The notes below the pieces were generated by a model. That model saw only the letters and a program-made list of their open reading frames with translations. It was not told where the DNA came from and did no database searches. From assembly GCA_035437985.1 (NCBI GenBank), contig DAOMZH010000001.1, positions 11,575 through 75,574 on the forward strand: a DNA stretch of 64,000 nucleotides, read 5' to 3'. The translations under genes were made by a program, and so were the position numbers. Shown here piece by piece: positions 55,385 to 64,000 of the stretch (positions are counted from its first letter, which is position 1; each line of letters starts with the position of its first letter). The stretch comes from Polyangium sp. GTDB lineage: Bacteria; Myxococcota_A; Polyangia; Polyangiales; Polyangiaceae.

Positions 55385-55786
55385 ATGACGCACCTGGTCA
55401 TGACGCACCTGGTCATGATTTTGCCGGGGTGTTTCTACGATTGGGACGTAGGTTCGCCAAGCTCGTCACAAAGTTCGAGTTCTTCGAGCGGAAGTGGCGG
55501 AGTGGATGCGGGTCCCGATTGCACGGAATTGTCCCTGGCGCTCGAGACCGCACGGGCAAACGCCAAAGCGTGCACGTTTGGCATGGCGGGACAATGCACT
55601 GCGTCAGTCACAGACGAACGAGGTTGTACTTCGTGGCTCAATGATGCATCGAGTGTGCAAGCGCAGGCATTTACACAGGCGGTCGATGATTTTGGGGCTG
55701 CAGCTTGTACACCTAGCTCGATGCCTTGCGGGATGAGCGTGCCGAGTTGTTTGTTTGTTACGACCAAATACCAGTGTGTGCCGTAG
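55385..55786 (+). CDS. Small Cys-rich lipoprotein
   Basis: Lipobox ILPGC, a Ser-run linker and 8 Cys in the mature part. Start is ambiguous because a 15-nt duplication gives three in-frame ATGs (55385, 55400, 55415). Confidence 0.5.
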   Translation: MTHLVMTHLVMILPGCFYDWDVGSPSSSQSSSSSSGSGGVDAGPDCTELSLALETARANAKACTFGMAGQCTASVTDERGCTSWLNDASSVQAQAFTQAVDDFGAAACTPSSMPCGMSVPSCLFVTTKYQCVP

Positions 55787-55960
55787 GACGGTGTGGATGG
55801 TCGATTTCGGGCATTGAGCGGAAGCTGTTTTGAGGCGAGACAAATTGTGCTCGACAATCGTCCCGCCAATTTTTGCCAAAGGACGCGAGTCGTTTTATGT
55901 TGGGCGCATTAATATGCAAGTCGACCGGAGCGTAGCGGCAACGATTCGGTTGAGCACCTT

Positions 55961-57376
55961 GTGCTTCTTTGGGGGCACCTCGTGATCAACGGCATCGTGT
56001 TTGTCGCGATGGTTGCGCTCATGTCGTGGGGTGGTGGTGGAGCTACGGTCACGGGCTTATTGTTCGTGGTGGTTTTTGCCGCGGCCATTTCGCTGGTGGT
56101 CGGGTTTGTTTATCGTCGAGATCACGTACCGGCGTGTACGGCGATCTTTGTGCTCATCGCGGCGTATTTTCCACGAGCTTGGCAGGCGCTCGAAAAAGGT
56201 TTCGCATTTCCCATAAAGGCCTCGGGCGAGGCGGTGGCGTGGGCGCTCCTGGCCCTCATTGTATTCATGGCGATTGCGGTATCAGTTGCGCATTTGGTCG
56301 CTCCCCGGTTGACCGTCCCGGCCGCGATTATCGAATATGTGGCCACAGGGGGTCGTCCAGCCATTGGAGCCATTTCGATTGGGTTGTTGGTGCTGGTTTC
56401 GACCATAGCCGGTTTTCGGACCGGTATGTGGAGCCATTATGGGGATTTAGTCAAGATAGACCCTGGTGGCATTCGTATGGAGCTGCTTTATTTCCCTCTA
56501 TTATTTGGCTTTTCCGTGGCCATTGGGCGTATGGCGCTCAAGGAACTCATCGGCACGGAAATCGACTTGAAGCGAGCGATTCCGACATCTTTGATCTGGA
56601 CGCTCACCATCGTTCTCTTGTTCATTGCCCAATCCCGCCGTGCCATGCTCGGCGCTCTGATCCTCACGCTCGTTAGTGCTTGGCTGGAAACCACACGAGT
56701 CTCCTTGTTGCGTACCGTGTTCGTCACGGCCGGTTTAGCCGTCTTGGCCATCGGTTTGGCCGTGGGTAGTTATCTCTGGAGGCATGCCGGGCCCGCAACC
56801 GATGCCCTCGAGCAACTCAAAGTCATATCGGATCGTAGTGTCGATATTGAAGATTTCTCCCAAAATTTCTCGGATCGTTTGACCTATTTGTGGATTGATT
56901 CGTCGAGCATCGAGCATTACCAGATTCTTCAATCCGATGCCGATCTTTACGACGTGGCCAATTCCAACATCATTCGGGCCACCCCAGAAATCATCCTGCC
57001 CGACAAATATGCCACGAAAAGAGTCGTCTGCGAAAACGCGTTCGAGGTCATGGGCATTCGAACCGATTTGCCTTGCACACCTACGGCGGAAGGCATCATT
57101 TACGGCGGAATACCGGGGCTTTTCATCACCGCAACGTTTTACGGTATTGGTCTGGGCATCATCACTGCGCTTTATCGCCGCAATACATTTGCCAGCTTGG
57201 CTCTTGGCGGAACCGCCATGTATCAACACGTGCTCATTGAATGTTCAGCATTTCCCATTATCGACTCCATGCGCGTTTTGGTCATAAGCATCTTCGTTGC
57301 GGGCACTGTCGCCTGGGTCTTGCGCTTCTTCGACGTCATGTGGACCGCGAAGAAAAATGAGACCCGGAGCGGGTAA
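55961..57376 (+). CDS. Polytopic membrane protein, O-antigen ligase/Wzy-like
   Basis: At least 10 hydrophobic segments. LLFIAQSRRAMLGALILTLV resembles the Wzy_C/O-antigen ligase loop motif. GTG start. Confidence 0.5.
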   Translation: MLLWGHLVINGIVFVAMVALMSWGGGGATVTGLLFVVVFAAAISLVVGFVYRRDHVPACTAIFVLIAAYFPRAWQALEKGFAFPIKASGEAVAWALLALIVFMAIAVSVAHLVAPRLTVPAAIIEYVATGGRPAIGAISIGLLVLVSTIAGFRTGMWSHYGDLVKIDPGGIRMELLYFPLLFGFSVAIGRMALKELIGTEIDLKRAIPTSLIWTLTIVLLFIAQSRRAMLGALILTLVSAWLETTRVSLLRTVFVTAGLAVLAIGLAVGSYLWRHAGPATDALEQLKVISDRSVDIEDFSQNFSDRLTYLWIDSSSIEHYQILQSDADLYDVANSNIIRATPEIILPDKYATKRVVCENAFEVMGIRTDLPCTPTAEGIIYGGIPGLFITATFYGIGLGIITALYRRNTFASLALGGTAMYQHVLIECSAFPIIDSMRVLVISIFVAGTVAWVLRFFDVMWTAKKNETRSG

Positions 57377-57583
57377 CCTCGAAAACGAAGAAGAGCCAGG
57401 GGTGCGTCATCGGTGACGCGCATCATTGCTAGGGTGCGCTGCGACAGCCGCGACGCGTACGAATTGCCAATTCGCTCGAATCTTCGATAAAAACCAATCA
57501 TGCGCCATGTTTGACGCTTGGCACGGTCCCTGCTCCTTGCTCCCCACACACCACGCCAGAGTGCATCAATAGGAGCTTGTCCC

Positions 57584-58954
57584 ATGTCGCTGTCGATTTC
57601 TCGTTTTGGTCTCGGTCTCGGCCTCGCCCTCGTCTCGATTGGTACCGGTTGTCTGGCCACGGACGAGGATCTCGATTCTCCCGAGGGCATTACGACGGGT
57701 TCGGGCACATCGAGCGAAGCGCTGACCGCGGTTACGGGTTTTGGCTCCAATCCTGGCGGCCTGAAAATGTACACCTATTCCCCCGCAGGAGTTAGTCCTG
57801 ACGCACCATTGGTCGTCGCGATGCACGGCTGTACGCAAGGCGCACAAGATTACGTCAAAGCAGGCTGGAACGATCTTGCGGATACGTGGAAGTTCCATGT
57901 CGTGTATCCCGAGCAGCAAACCGCCAATTCGTCGGTCCGTTGCTTCAATTGGTTCGAACCGGGCGACATCACCCGGGATCAGGGCGAAGCCTTGTCGATC
58001 AAGCAAATGGTGGATTGGGCGATCACCAATCTTTCCGTGGATTCGGATCGCGTCTACGTCACGGGGCTTTCGGCCGGCGCCGCAATGACCTCGGCGCTCT
58101 TGGCGGTGTATCCGGACGTTTTTGCGGGTGGCGCAATCATTGGCGGAATTCCCTTCAAGTGTGCGACGAATCAATCCGACATGACGAAATGCATGAGCCC
58201 TGGCATCGATAAAACCCCAGCGGTTTGGGGTGATTTGGTGCGCGGAGCCAATCCTGGTTATGCCGGGCGATTGCCCAAAGTATCCATCTGGCATGGGACG
58301 AGCGACACGATCGTCAAGCCCGTCAATATGAAAGAGCTCGTCGATCAATGGACCAACGTACATGGTATCGATCAAACGGGCGACGGAACGTGGACGATTA
58401 GTGGCGCAACGCGTACCGAATATCGTAATGCCAATGGCGACGCTTTGGTCGAGACGTATTCGATTCCCAACATGGCCCACGGCACCCCCGTGGATCCAGG
58501 TTATGCTCCTGCTGGTGGTTGTGGTGCGGCGGCCTCGTACATTCTCGACGTGAATCTTTGCTCCAGTTATCAAATTGGGCTCTTTTTCGGCCTCGATGTC
58601 GGTGCTCCGACGACGAGCTCGTCGAGCAGCAGCAGCAGCAGTAGCAGCAGCAGCAGCTCGAGTGGAACGGGCGGCACAGGCGGAACGGGCGGCGCTGGTG
58701 GAGCAGGAGGTGCGGGTGGTGCAGGCGGATCTGGAGGCACGGGCGGCACAGGTGGAACGGGCGGCTCGACGTGCCAAGAGTTTTACGATGCAAACTATTA
58801 CCACGTGACCAAAGGACACGCCAAGCGCTGTGGCGCGTACAATAGTTATGTTTGCACCATTGGGTCCAACGAAAATCTCGGCCTTTACAATCTGCAATAC
58901 ACGTGGGTCAAAATGACGGCCCCGGGATATTATGCAGCCGGACGATGCCCATGA
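57584..58954 (+). CDS. Extracellular esterase, PHB-depolymerase family, with Ser/Gly linker and C-terminal binding domain
   Basis: Lipobox IGTGC. PLVVAMHGCTQ, CFNWF, nucleophile elbow GLSAGAAM, IWHGTSDTIV. C-terminal CQEFYDANYYHVTKGHA module. Confidence 0.8.
   Translation: MSLSISRFGLGLGLALVSIGTGCLATDEDLDSPEGITTGSGTSSEALTAVTGFGSNPGGLKMYTYSPAGVSPDAPLVVAMHGCTQGAQDYVKAGWNDLADTWKFHVVYPEQQTANSSVRCFNWFEPGDITRDQGEALSIKQMVDWAITNLSVDSDRVYVTGLSAGAAMTSALLAVYPDVFAGGAIIGGIPFKCATNQSDMTKCMSPGIDKTPAVWGDLVRGANPGYAGRLPKVSIWHGTSDTIVKPVNMKELVDQWTNVHGIDQTGDGTWTISGATRTEYRNANGDALVETYSIPNMAHGTPVDPGYAPAGGCGAAASYILDVNLCSSYQIGLFFGLDVGAPTTSSSSSSSSSSSSSSSSGTGGTGGTGGAGGAGGAGGAGGSGGTGGTGGTGGSTCQEFYDANYYHVTKGHAKRCGAYNSYVCTIGSNENLGLYNLQYTWVKMTAPGYYAAGRCP
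58610..58765 (+). repeat. Low-complexity coding tract (Ser17 then (GGT/A/S)n)
   Basis: TTSSSSSSSSSSSSSSSSSGTGGTGGTGGAGGAGGAGGAGGSGGTGGTGGTGG, encoded by agc/tcg and ggn triplet runs. Confidence 0.9.
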
Positions 58955-58998
58955 TCATCGTTTGATAGCCCTTACCTCGAACCTTTCAAGGATAATCC

Positions 58999-60771
58999 AT
59001 GCAGCACTTACGTTCCCTCTCCAAACAACATGCCGCACTATTCGCTATCGTCGGCACTTCCATCGCTCTTGCAGCTGGGTGTGGCGAGACAGACCCGTCG
59101 ACATCCACATCGTCTTCTTCTTCGAGCTCGTCTTCTTCATCGAGTTCGTCGTCGAGCTCTTCGTCCGGAATGACCTCGTCGAGTTCGTCGAGTTCGTCGA
59201 GTTCGTCCGGGATGGCGTGCGTCCCGGCAAACAACCTCGAAGGTATCGATATTGGACTCACGGCGCCTGCTCGTCAAGATTATGTGGGTAATGGCGATGG
59301 TGGGCTCGAACATTCGACGTATTGGGCGATTAAAAAGGGGACGCCAGAGTATGATGCGTTGTCGCCTGCGGAACAGGCGAAACTGGGCAAGATGCAAGCG
59401 AGCATTTTGCATGCGCTCGAATTGGTTCCCAAAGGAGAAACCCTCGGCACGGAAGTCACGGGAACGCTCGTGGTTGGCACGGGAGCTGACGAGCGTCGGC
59501 AAGAAATTGTTTTCAAGGTCCCGAAGAATTGGAATGGCAAACTCGCCGTTGTGGGCACTCCCGGGACGCGCACTGAATTCGCCAATGAGGGAACCATTGC
59601 CCCGTGGCTCTTGAAACGCGGTTATGCTTATATTTCGGGAAACAAGGGCATGACCAATGGCGGCGTCGATGGTAATGCTACGCTGCTCAACAAGATGCAT
59701 CCGACTCGCCATTGGGGCGAGATGATGATCGATTTGGCGACGTGGGCGTCGGAGCGTCTTGCCGAAGTGACGTGCACAGCGCCCACGCAAGTTTACGCCG
59801 TTGGTTTGTCGAATGGTGGATATCAAGTGCGCCGGGCGCTCGAAATCGATCATACCCGCGTACAAGGTGGCGCAGCGCGGATATTTGCAGGTGGACTCGA
59901 TTGGGCGGGCGCATATTGGCCGGACAAACGAGTTCTCGATACGGATACTGATGACACGGTCACCCCGGCTGAATACGCGGCGGCGAACCATTTGGTGGGA
60001 ACCAATGAAAAAGCGGCGTTGACCATGAAATGGGCCTACGATCCCATGACGTATTCCACGCCGGCTGCGTACCAGCAAACACCGAAATTCAGCGGGGCCC
60101 AAACAGCCATGAAGGCTGCCGGGTTTGCCGCGGAATCGGCCCCGATTTGGAGCGCCTACAATACCGCATTCGATTCGTTCAAAGCCCAATTGCCGCAGTT
60201 CAAGGGCATTGGCTACTACAACTTCACGGCGTATTATTTCCGAGCCGACTTGCTCGGTCACGATCTTGCTGCAAGTGCCGTATATAGTTGCTTTCCCCCG
60301 AATGCAACCGATCCGCCTCCATTTTATGCTTGGCTCGCTCAAGCCACGGATGGGGGCTGGACGCCTGAAAGCGTCACGTACGCACTCGCCAATGCGAACA
60401 CCGCCGAATTCTCCGTGCCGCTCATCAGCGTGCATGGCGATGCAGATGGGCTCCTCGGGCTCGACGCCAATGCCACGGCTTATCAAGATGCCGTGGAAAA
60501 GTATGGCAAACCTGAGCAATACCGCCTTTTCGTGATTGCCAACGGAGGTCACGTCGACCTGCATTCGGATGGCTTGCTCGATTTCGATTTCGACGGCATG
60601 GCCGCCAATGAAGGTGCTGCAGCGTTGTTTACGTTTGTCCAGCCCTACGCCGAGCGTGGATTCGATTACCTGGTCGATTGGGCCGAGAATCAAGTCGCCC
60701 CGCCAGGCTCGAAGAAGGTGACCACGAATCCCACGAGCGACGTGCTCGACGCCGCGACCATTACGTTCTGA
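58999..60771 (+). CDS. Secreted alpha/beta-hydrolase lipoprotein (possibly hydroxybutyrate-oligomer hydrolase/tannase-like)
   Basis: Lipobox LAAGC, poly-Ser linker, nucleophile elbow VGLSNGGYQ, late HGDADGL. Adjacent to the PHB depolymerase. Confidence 0.6.
   Translation: MQHLRSLSKQHAALFAIVGTSIALAAGCGETDPSTSTSSSSSSSSSSSSSSSSSSSGMTSSSSSSSSSSSGMACVPANNLEGIDIGLTAPARQDYVGNGDGGLEHSTYWAIKKGTPEYDALSPAEQAKLGKMQASILHALELVPKGETLGTEVTGTLVVGTGADERRQEIVFKVPKNWNGKLAVVGTPGTRTEFANEGTIAPWLLKRGYAYISGNKGMTNGGVDGNATLLNKMHPTRHWGEMMIDLATWASERLAEVTCTAPTQVYAVGLSNGGYQVRRALEIDHTRVQGGAARIFAGGLDWAGAYWPDKRVLDTDTDDTVTPAEYAAANHLVGTNEKAALTMKWAYDPMTYSTPAAYQQTPKFSGAQTAMKAAGFAAESAPIWSAYNTAFDSFKAQLPQFKGIGYYNFTAYYFRADLLGHDLAASAVYSCFPPNATDPPPFYAWLAQATDGGWTPESVTYALANANTAEFSVPLISVHGDADGLLGLDANATAYQDAVEKYGKPEQYRLFVIANGGHVDLHSDGLLDFDFDGMAANEGAAALFTFVQPYAERGFDYLVDWAENQVAPPGSKKVTTNPTSDVLDAATITF
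59098..59199 (+). repeat. Poly-Ser coding tract
   Basis: STSTSSSSSSSSSSSSSSSSSSGMTSSSSSSSSSS, from tct/tcg/agc triplet runs. Confidence 0.9.
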
Positions 60772-60774
60772 CGC

Positions 60775-61326
60775 TCAAATCGCCAAGCGCAGAATCAGCG
60801 TTCCCAGCGTCCCTACAACGATCCCCGCCAATAACCACGCCAATCGCGAAGTGCTCGGCACATCGCTCGCGCCGAGCGGAAACTCGACTGCGTGTACGCG
60901 TTCCGATTCTGCATCGACCAAAAGCACTCCATCCACATCGAAAGCAATTCGGTATTCGAGCAATTGCCGGCGCGTGGCGGGCGTGTCGATACGCGGCGCA
61001 GCTTTTCCCGTTTTGACTTCGGCTACATAACGTTTGTCGCCATAAGAAACCAAGTAGTCCGCGCGTAAATCGATGGCCACCGGCTCGCCGTCGATATGCA
61101 CGTCATACGACACCGACACTTGTTGGCCGAGGATTCCAAATCCCCAAGCGCGCAGCATTTTCTCTGCGCGCATTTCGCCAAGCGCCCCGCGCTCCCGACG
61201 TATTGCAATCGACCGTCGCCGCCAAAACCCTTGCCATGTAAGACGCGCGCTTTGCACGAGCGCCAAGAATGCGGCCGCTGCGAACAATACGAGCCAAGCC
61301 TGAGGCGGCAAACTGCGCCAATCCAT
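60775..61326 (-). CDS. Membrane-anchored hypothetical protein with PD-(D/E)XK-like core
   Basis: N- and C-terminal hydrophobic segments. The central IDLRADYLVSYGDKRYVAEVKTG resembles a D...(D/E)xK nuclease motif. Confidence 0.5.
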   Translation of the reverse strand: MDWRSLPPQAWLVLFAAAAFLALVQSARLTWQGFWRRRSIAIRRERGALGEMRAEKMLRAWGFGILGQQVSVSYDVHIDGEPVAIDLRADYLVSYGDKRYVAEVKTGKAAPRIDTPATRRQLLEYRIAFDVDGVLLVDAESERVHAVEFPLGASDVPSTSRLAWLLAGIVVGTLGTLILRLAI

Positions 61327-61597
61327 AAGTGACGAGTCTAGTTTCCTTCGGACATATGGGCCAAGTTCTAGACGTCCGATGTGTCGACACGAACTGCGGC
61401 GCCGTTTCCTTGGGAAACTCGGGTCGTTCAGTTCTAACGTTGCGCTTGGGAACCTTTGGGGATCTCGTTCCGTCGAAGGCTTGCATCAACGTTGGTCCAT
61501 CTCGCGTCGGCGTGTATTCCATCCTCATTCCTCATGAGAAATGGTTTGGCATGACGTGAGCTGTGGCCTTGCGTAATTTTTCAGATGTGGAGGCTTC

Positions 61598-62785
61598 ATG
61601 CATCGGTCCCTGCACAGGCTCGAGCAGGGCGGTTTGCCGCTCGTCGTTGCATTTCTCATTTCTAGCTCTGCGTCCGCGGCGGATCCTCCGGCAACCTTGC
61701 CATCATCCCCGAAAAACCAGATCGAAGTTCATGCGTCGCTTGCCGATGGGCTTGGACTGCGCCGAGAAGACAAACTCTTCTCCGTGGATCTCGGGATTCT
61801 CACGCAAATGCGATATACGATGACTTTGCACGAAACCAAAGTCACCGATGATGGATTCAACGTGCTCATGGTTCGTCCTGTCTTGCGCGTAAAGGCATTA
61901 AACGACACCGTGCGCCTGTTTGTCCAACCCGAACTTGGCACACCGACACCCAAGCTGCTCGATTTCGAGTTGACGTGGCAGCCGATTCCGCAGATGGGTT
62001 TGCGGGTTGGACAATTTCTCACGCCGTTTACGCGAGCATTTCTCACGCCGGTACCGCTTCTTCAATTTACGGACTTCAATCGTGTAAATGCGAAATTTCG
62101 AGCCGACCGCGATACGGGGGCCATGCTTTTTGGCGCCACGAAAAATGGGAAACTCGATTACTGGCTCGGCGCCTTCAATGGCAATGGTATCGACAAGGGT
62201 GGTAATGACGACACCACGATGATGGGCATAACGCGTGTCGCGGTCAATCCCGTGCGGGCGATGCCTTATGATGAAACGCCGAGCTTGAAAGGGGCTGTGC
62301 CTTTTGGAATTGCAATTGCGCTCGATGGCATTGCCGATCGTGCGCATCCGACGAAAATGGTCACCGATCCGGCCACAGGTACACAAACGACCGTGAACTT
62401 GACGCCCGAGACGCGCCTCACGGGCGGCGCGGATATTTCGATTGCCTATAAATCCTTCACATTCTTGACGGAGGGTTTCATGAAAGTAATCGAACCCGAT
62501 GGTGGTGCGCGCACCACATCCATAGGGGCGTATGCGCAAGCCGGCATTTTTGCAATTCCGAAACGTCTCGAATTTGCGGTGCGCGGCGGCTACATGGACC
62601 CCAATCGCAGCAAAGACAAAGATACCGAGAGCAATTTCGAGGGACTCATTACGGGATATTTCGTGGGTAATCACCTGAAGCTGGGTGGACGTTACACGAT
62701 GATCCGCAATGAAGCCAAAACGGCCGATGGATTGGCGCCCGGCGTGAACCACCGGTTCATCATTCAGACGCAGTTGTGGTTGTAA
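61598..62785 (+). CDS. Outer-membrane beta-barrel porin-like protein (OprO/P-like)
   Basis: Signal peptide LPLVVAFLISSSASAADP. Alternating amphipathic strands throughout. Terminal strand HRFIIQTQLWL. Confidence 0.5.
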   Translation: MHRSLHRLEQGGLPLVVAFLISSSASAADPPATLPSSPKNQIEVHASLADGLGLRREDKLFSVDLGILTQMRYTMTLHETKVTDDGFNVLMVRPVLRVKALNDTVRLFVQPELGTPTPKLLDFELTWQPIPQMGLRVGQFLTPFTRAFLTPVPLLQFTDFNRVNAKFRADRDTGAMLFGATKNGKLDYWLGAFNGNGIDKGGNDDTTMMGITRVAVNPVRAMPYDETPSLKGAVPFGIAIALDGIADRAHPTKMVTDPATGTQTTVNLTPETRLTGGADISIAYKSFTFLTEGFMKVIEPDGGARTTSIGAYAQAGIFAIPKRLEFAVRGGYMDPNRSKDKDTESNFEGLITGYFVGNHLKLGGRYTMIRNEAKTADGLAPGVNHRFIIQTQLWL

Positions 62786-62806
62786 TGAGTGGATTCGAGG
62801 CGAAGC

Positions 62807-64000
62807 TCAGGGCATGGCGACGATACGACCTTCGGTGGTCGGCGTGATCGTCATTTTCGACTGGATGTATCGCGCGAAAATATCGGCTTGCAAGCCACGC
62901 GAAACGCCTTGACCATCGATGAACATCGTATACCCATCTCCGCCATTGTTGGTGAAATCGGTCAGGGCCATCGTGTACGTCGTTTGGTCCTTCGGAATGG
63001 GCATTCCGCCCGCGAGGTGCATTTCGAGGATGCGGGCCCCCGAGGGTGCTCCAGCACTGTAGGTGAATCCAAAACCCGAAATTTGCGGGAATCGACCGCT
63101 CGCCGCGGGTAATGCGCCAATGCCATATTCCATTGCCGCCCAAAGTTGTGTTCCCGTGACCGTACGCGTGACGATTGCATTGCCAAACGGGAAAACCGCA
63201 TAAGCATCCCCGACCACGAGGTCATAAGGCGGACCTGACGCATATCCCATCGCCGTTCGGCGAAGCATCATATTCGCCGGGGCATATGACGAAGGCAATG
63301 GTTGGCGAATGCCGCCGCCATTGACCAGGGCCAGCTGCGTGTTGTATTCGAGACGGATCGAATCTGCTGCCAAGTTACCAATGGCGACTTCACCAAGGCG
63401 TTCGATATTGCTGCCACGCGGGAACACGTCCGACGTTATGCCAATGACGCCGTCGAGTTGCGCCGAAAGCTGCATTCGATAAGGCTGCAGCATCGCTTCG
63501 ACTGCGGGATCGGGCGTCACTGCCGACTTGATGGGGGAAACGAAATTGACCGAGCTCTTCGTGACGTACCCGGTCCACGGAATCACGCTCAAGCCCACGC
63601 GCGCATACGTGAGTCCTTTGCTGCGATTTTCGACGACGTGTGCGCCATTGATGATTTCATTGACCTGAATGTCCGTATGATCGCCGAATACGATCTGGAA
63701 TCCATTCAAACCCATGGCAATGTCGATGAGCGGACCAGAGCAACGTTGCGTTACCGTGTCGCAAAGCGTCGCGCCCTCGTGCACGAGCGCCACGAAAACC
63801 TTCGCGCCAGCTGCTTTCGCTGCGTTTTTTGCGGCCATTGCCGAGGTGATCGGATCGGCAATCGTAATCGTCCCCAAGCTTCCCGGCGGCAGCAATGACG
63901 TTGCGCTTGGATTGGTGATCCCAATGAACGCCACCGGTACGCCAGCTACGTCTTTGATGATATAAGGCGCCTCGACGCCCATTAAATTCGCCGCGAGATT
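62807..64000 (-). CDS. 5'-nucleotidase/metallophosphatase (UshA-like), C-terminal ~395 aa (5' end outside window)
   Basis: The frame stays open upstream of the track's ATG to nt 64000. FVALVHEG, IVFGDHTD, VENRSKGLTYARV, IGNLAADSIR, LVNGGGIRQPLP and PFGNAIVTRTVTG match the 5'-nucleotidase pattern. Confidence 0.8.
   Translation of the reverse strand, partial: NLAANLMGVEAPYIIKDVAGVPVAFIGITNPSATSLLPPGSLGTITIADPITSAMAAKNAAKAAGAKVFVALVHEGATLCDTVTQRCSGPLIDIAMGLNGFQIVFGDHTDIQVNEIINGAHVVENRSKGLTYARVGLSVIPWTGYVTKSSVNFVSPIKSAVTPDPAVEAMLQPYRMQLSAQLDGVIGITSDVFPRGSNIERLGEVAIGNLAADSIRLEYNTQLALVNGGGIRQPLPSSYAPANMMLRRTAMGYASGPPYDLVVGDAYAVFPFGNAIVTRTVTGTQLWAAMEYGIGALPAASGRFPQISGFGFTYSAGAPSGARILEMHLAGGMPIPKDQTTYTMALTDFTNNGGDGYTMFIDGQGVSRGLQADIFARYIQSKMTITPTTEGRIVAMP

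Noticed and set aside
57566-60693. Minus-strand ORFs 57566-58897 (443 aa) and 59137-60693 (518 aa)
   Set aside because: They are antisense to the PHB-depolymerase-like and hydrolase genes, which have lipoboxes and nucleophile-elbow motifs. Their products are Arg-rich low complexity.
1-64000. Search for tRNA, rRNA, transposase/integrase genes and T6SS core genes (TssA-M, Hcp, ClpV)
   Set aside because: I recognised none on either strand. Island boundaries and the cognate T6SS, if any, cannot be defined from this window.

Overview
Moderately GC-rich bacterial chromosomal segment. Gene content suggests Myxococcota, but this is an inference from a Myxococcus-type Cys-rich repeat lipoprotein, a Ser/Thr kinase with FHA and sigma-54 activators, and Ser/Gly homopolymer linkers in lipoproteins. 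The centre of the window (17.3-39.5 kb, minus strand) is a complete, tightly packed 18-gene extracellular contractile injection system (eCIS, Afp/PVC-like). Its order is DUF4255 cap, unknown 285-aa protein, one sheath, three tube paralogs, DUF5908, LysM tube-initiator, VgrG-like spike, gp25-like, spike tip, two giant baseplate wedge proteins with two tail-fibre genes between them, tape-measure-like protein, AAA+ ATPase and a DUF4157 cargo protein. A sigma-54-like -24/-12 element lies about 70 nt upstream of the first gene, behind a roughly 840-bp AT-rich leader. T6SS-type cargo modules flank the eCIS on both sides, and no T6SS core genes are visible. On the left, a VgrG, small protein and serpin-fold protein operon converges on a four-gene Rhs operon: hypothetical, Rhs with a DddA-like deaminase tip, LRR-SUMF1 fusion, and PAAR-like Rhs with a clan-CD (C80-like) protease tip. 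On the right are DUF2169 with a catalytically degenerate ketosynthase-like protein, and a second complete VgrG followed by a candidate CNF1/BLF1-like (L[ST]GC...H) deamidase. Regulatory genes include a sensor-less sigma-54 activator behind a HEAT-like protein, and a membrane protein, Ser/Thr kinase and FHA-sigma-54 activator operon. The right-hand end looks like housekeeping or envelope genes: SAM methyltransferase, di-haem cytochrome c peroxidase, Uma2-type nuclease, PHB depolymerase and hydrolase pair, porin-like protein, 5'-nucleotidase. I saw no rRNA, tRNA, CRISPR array, transposase or integrase. All family assignments come from reading motifs by eye and need HMM or structure confirmation.
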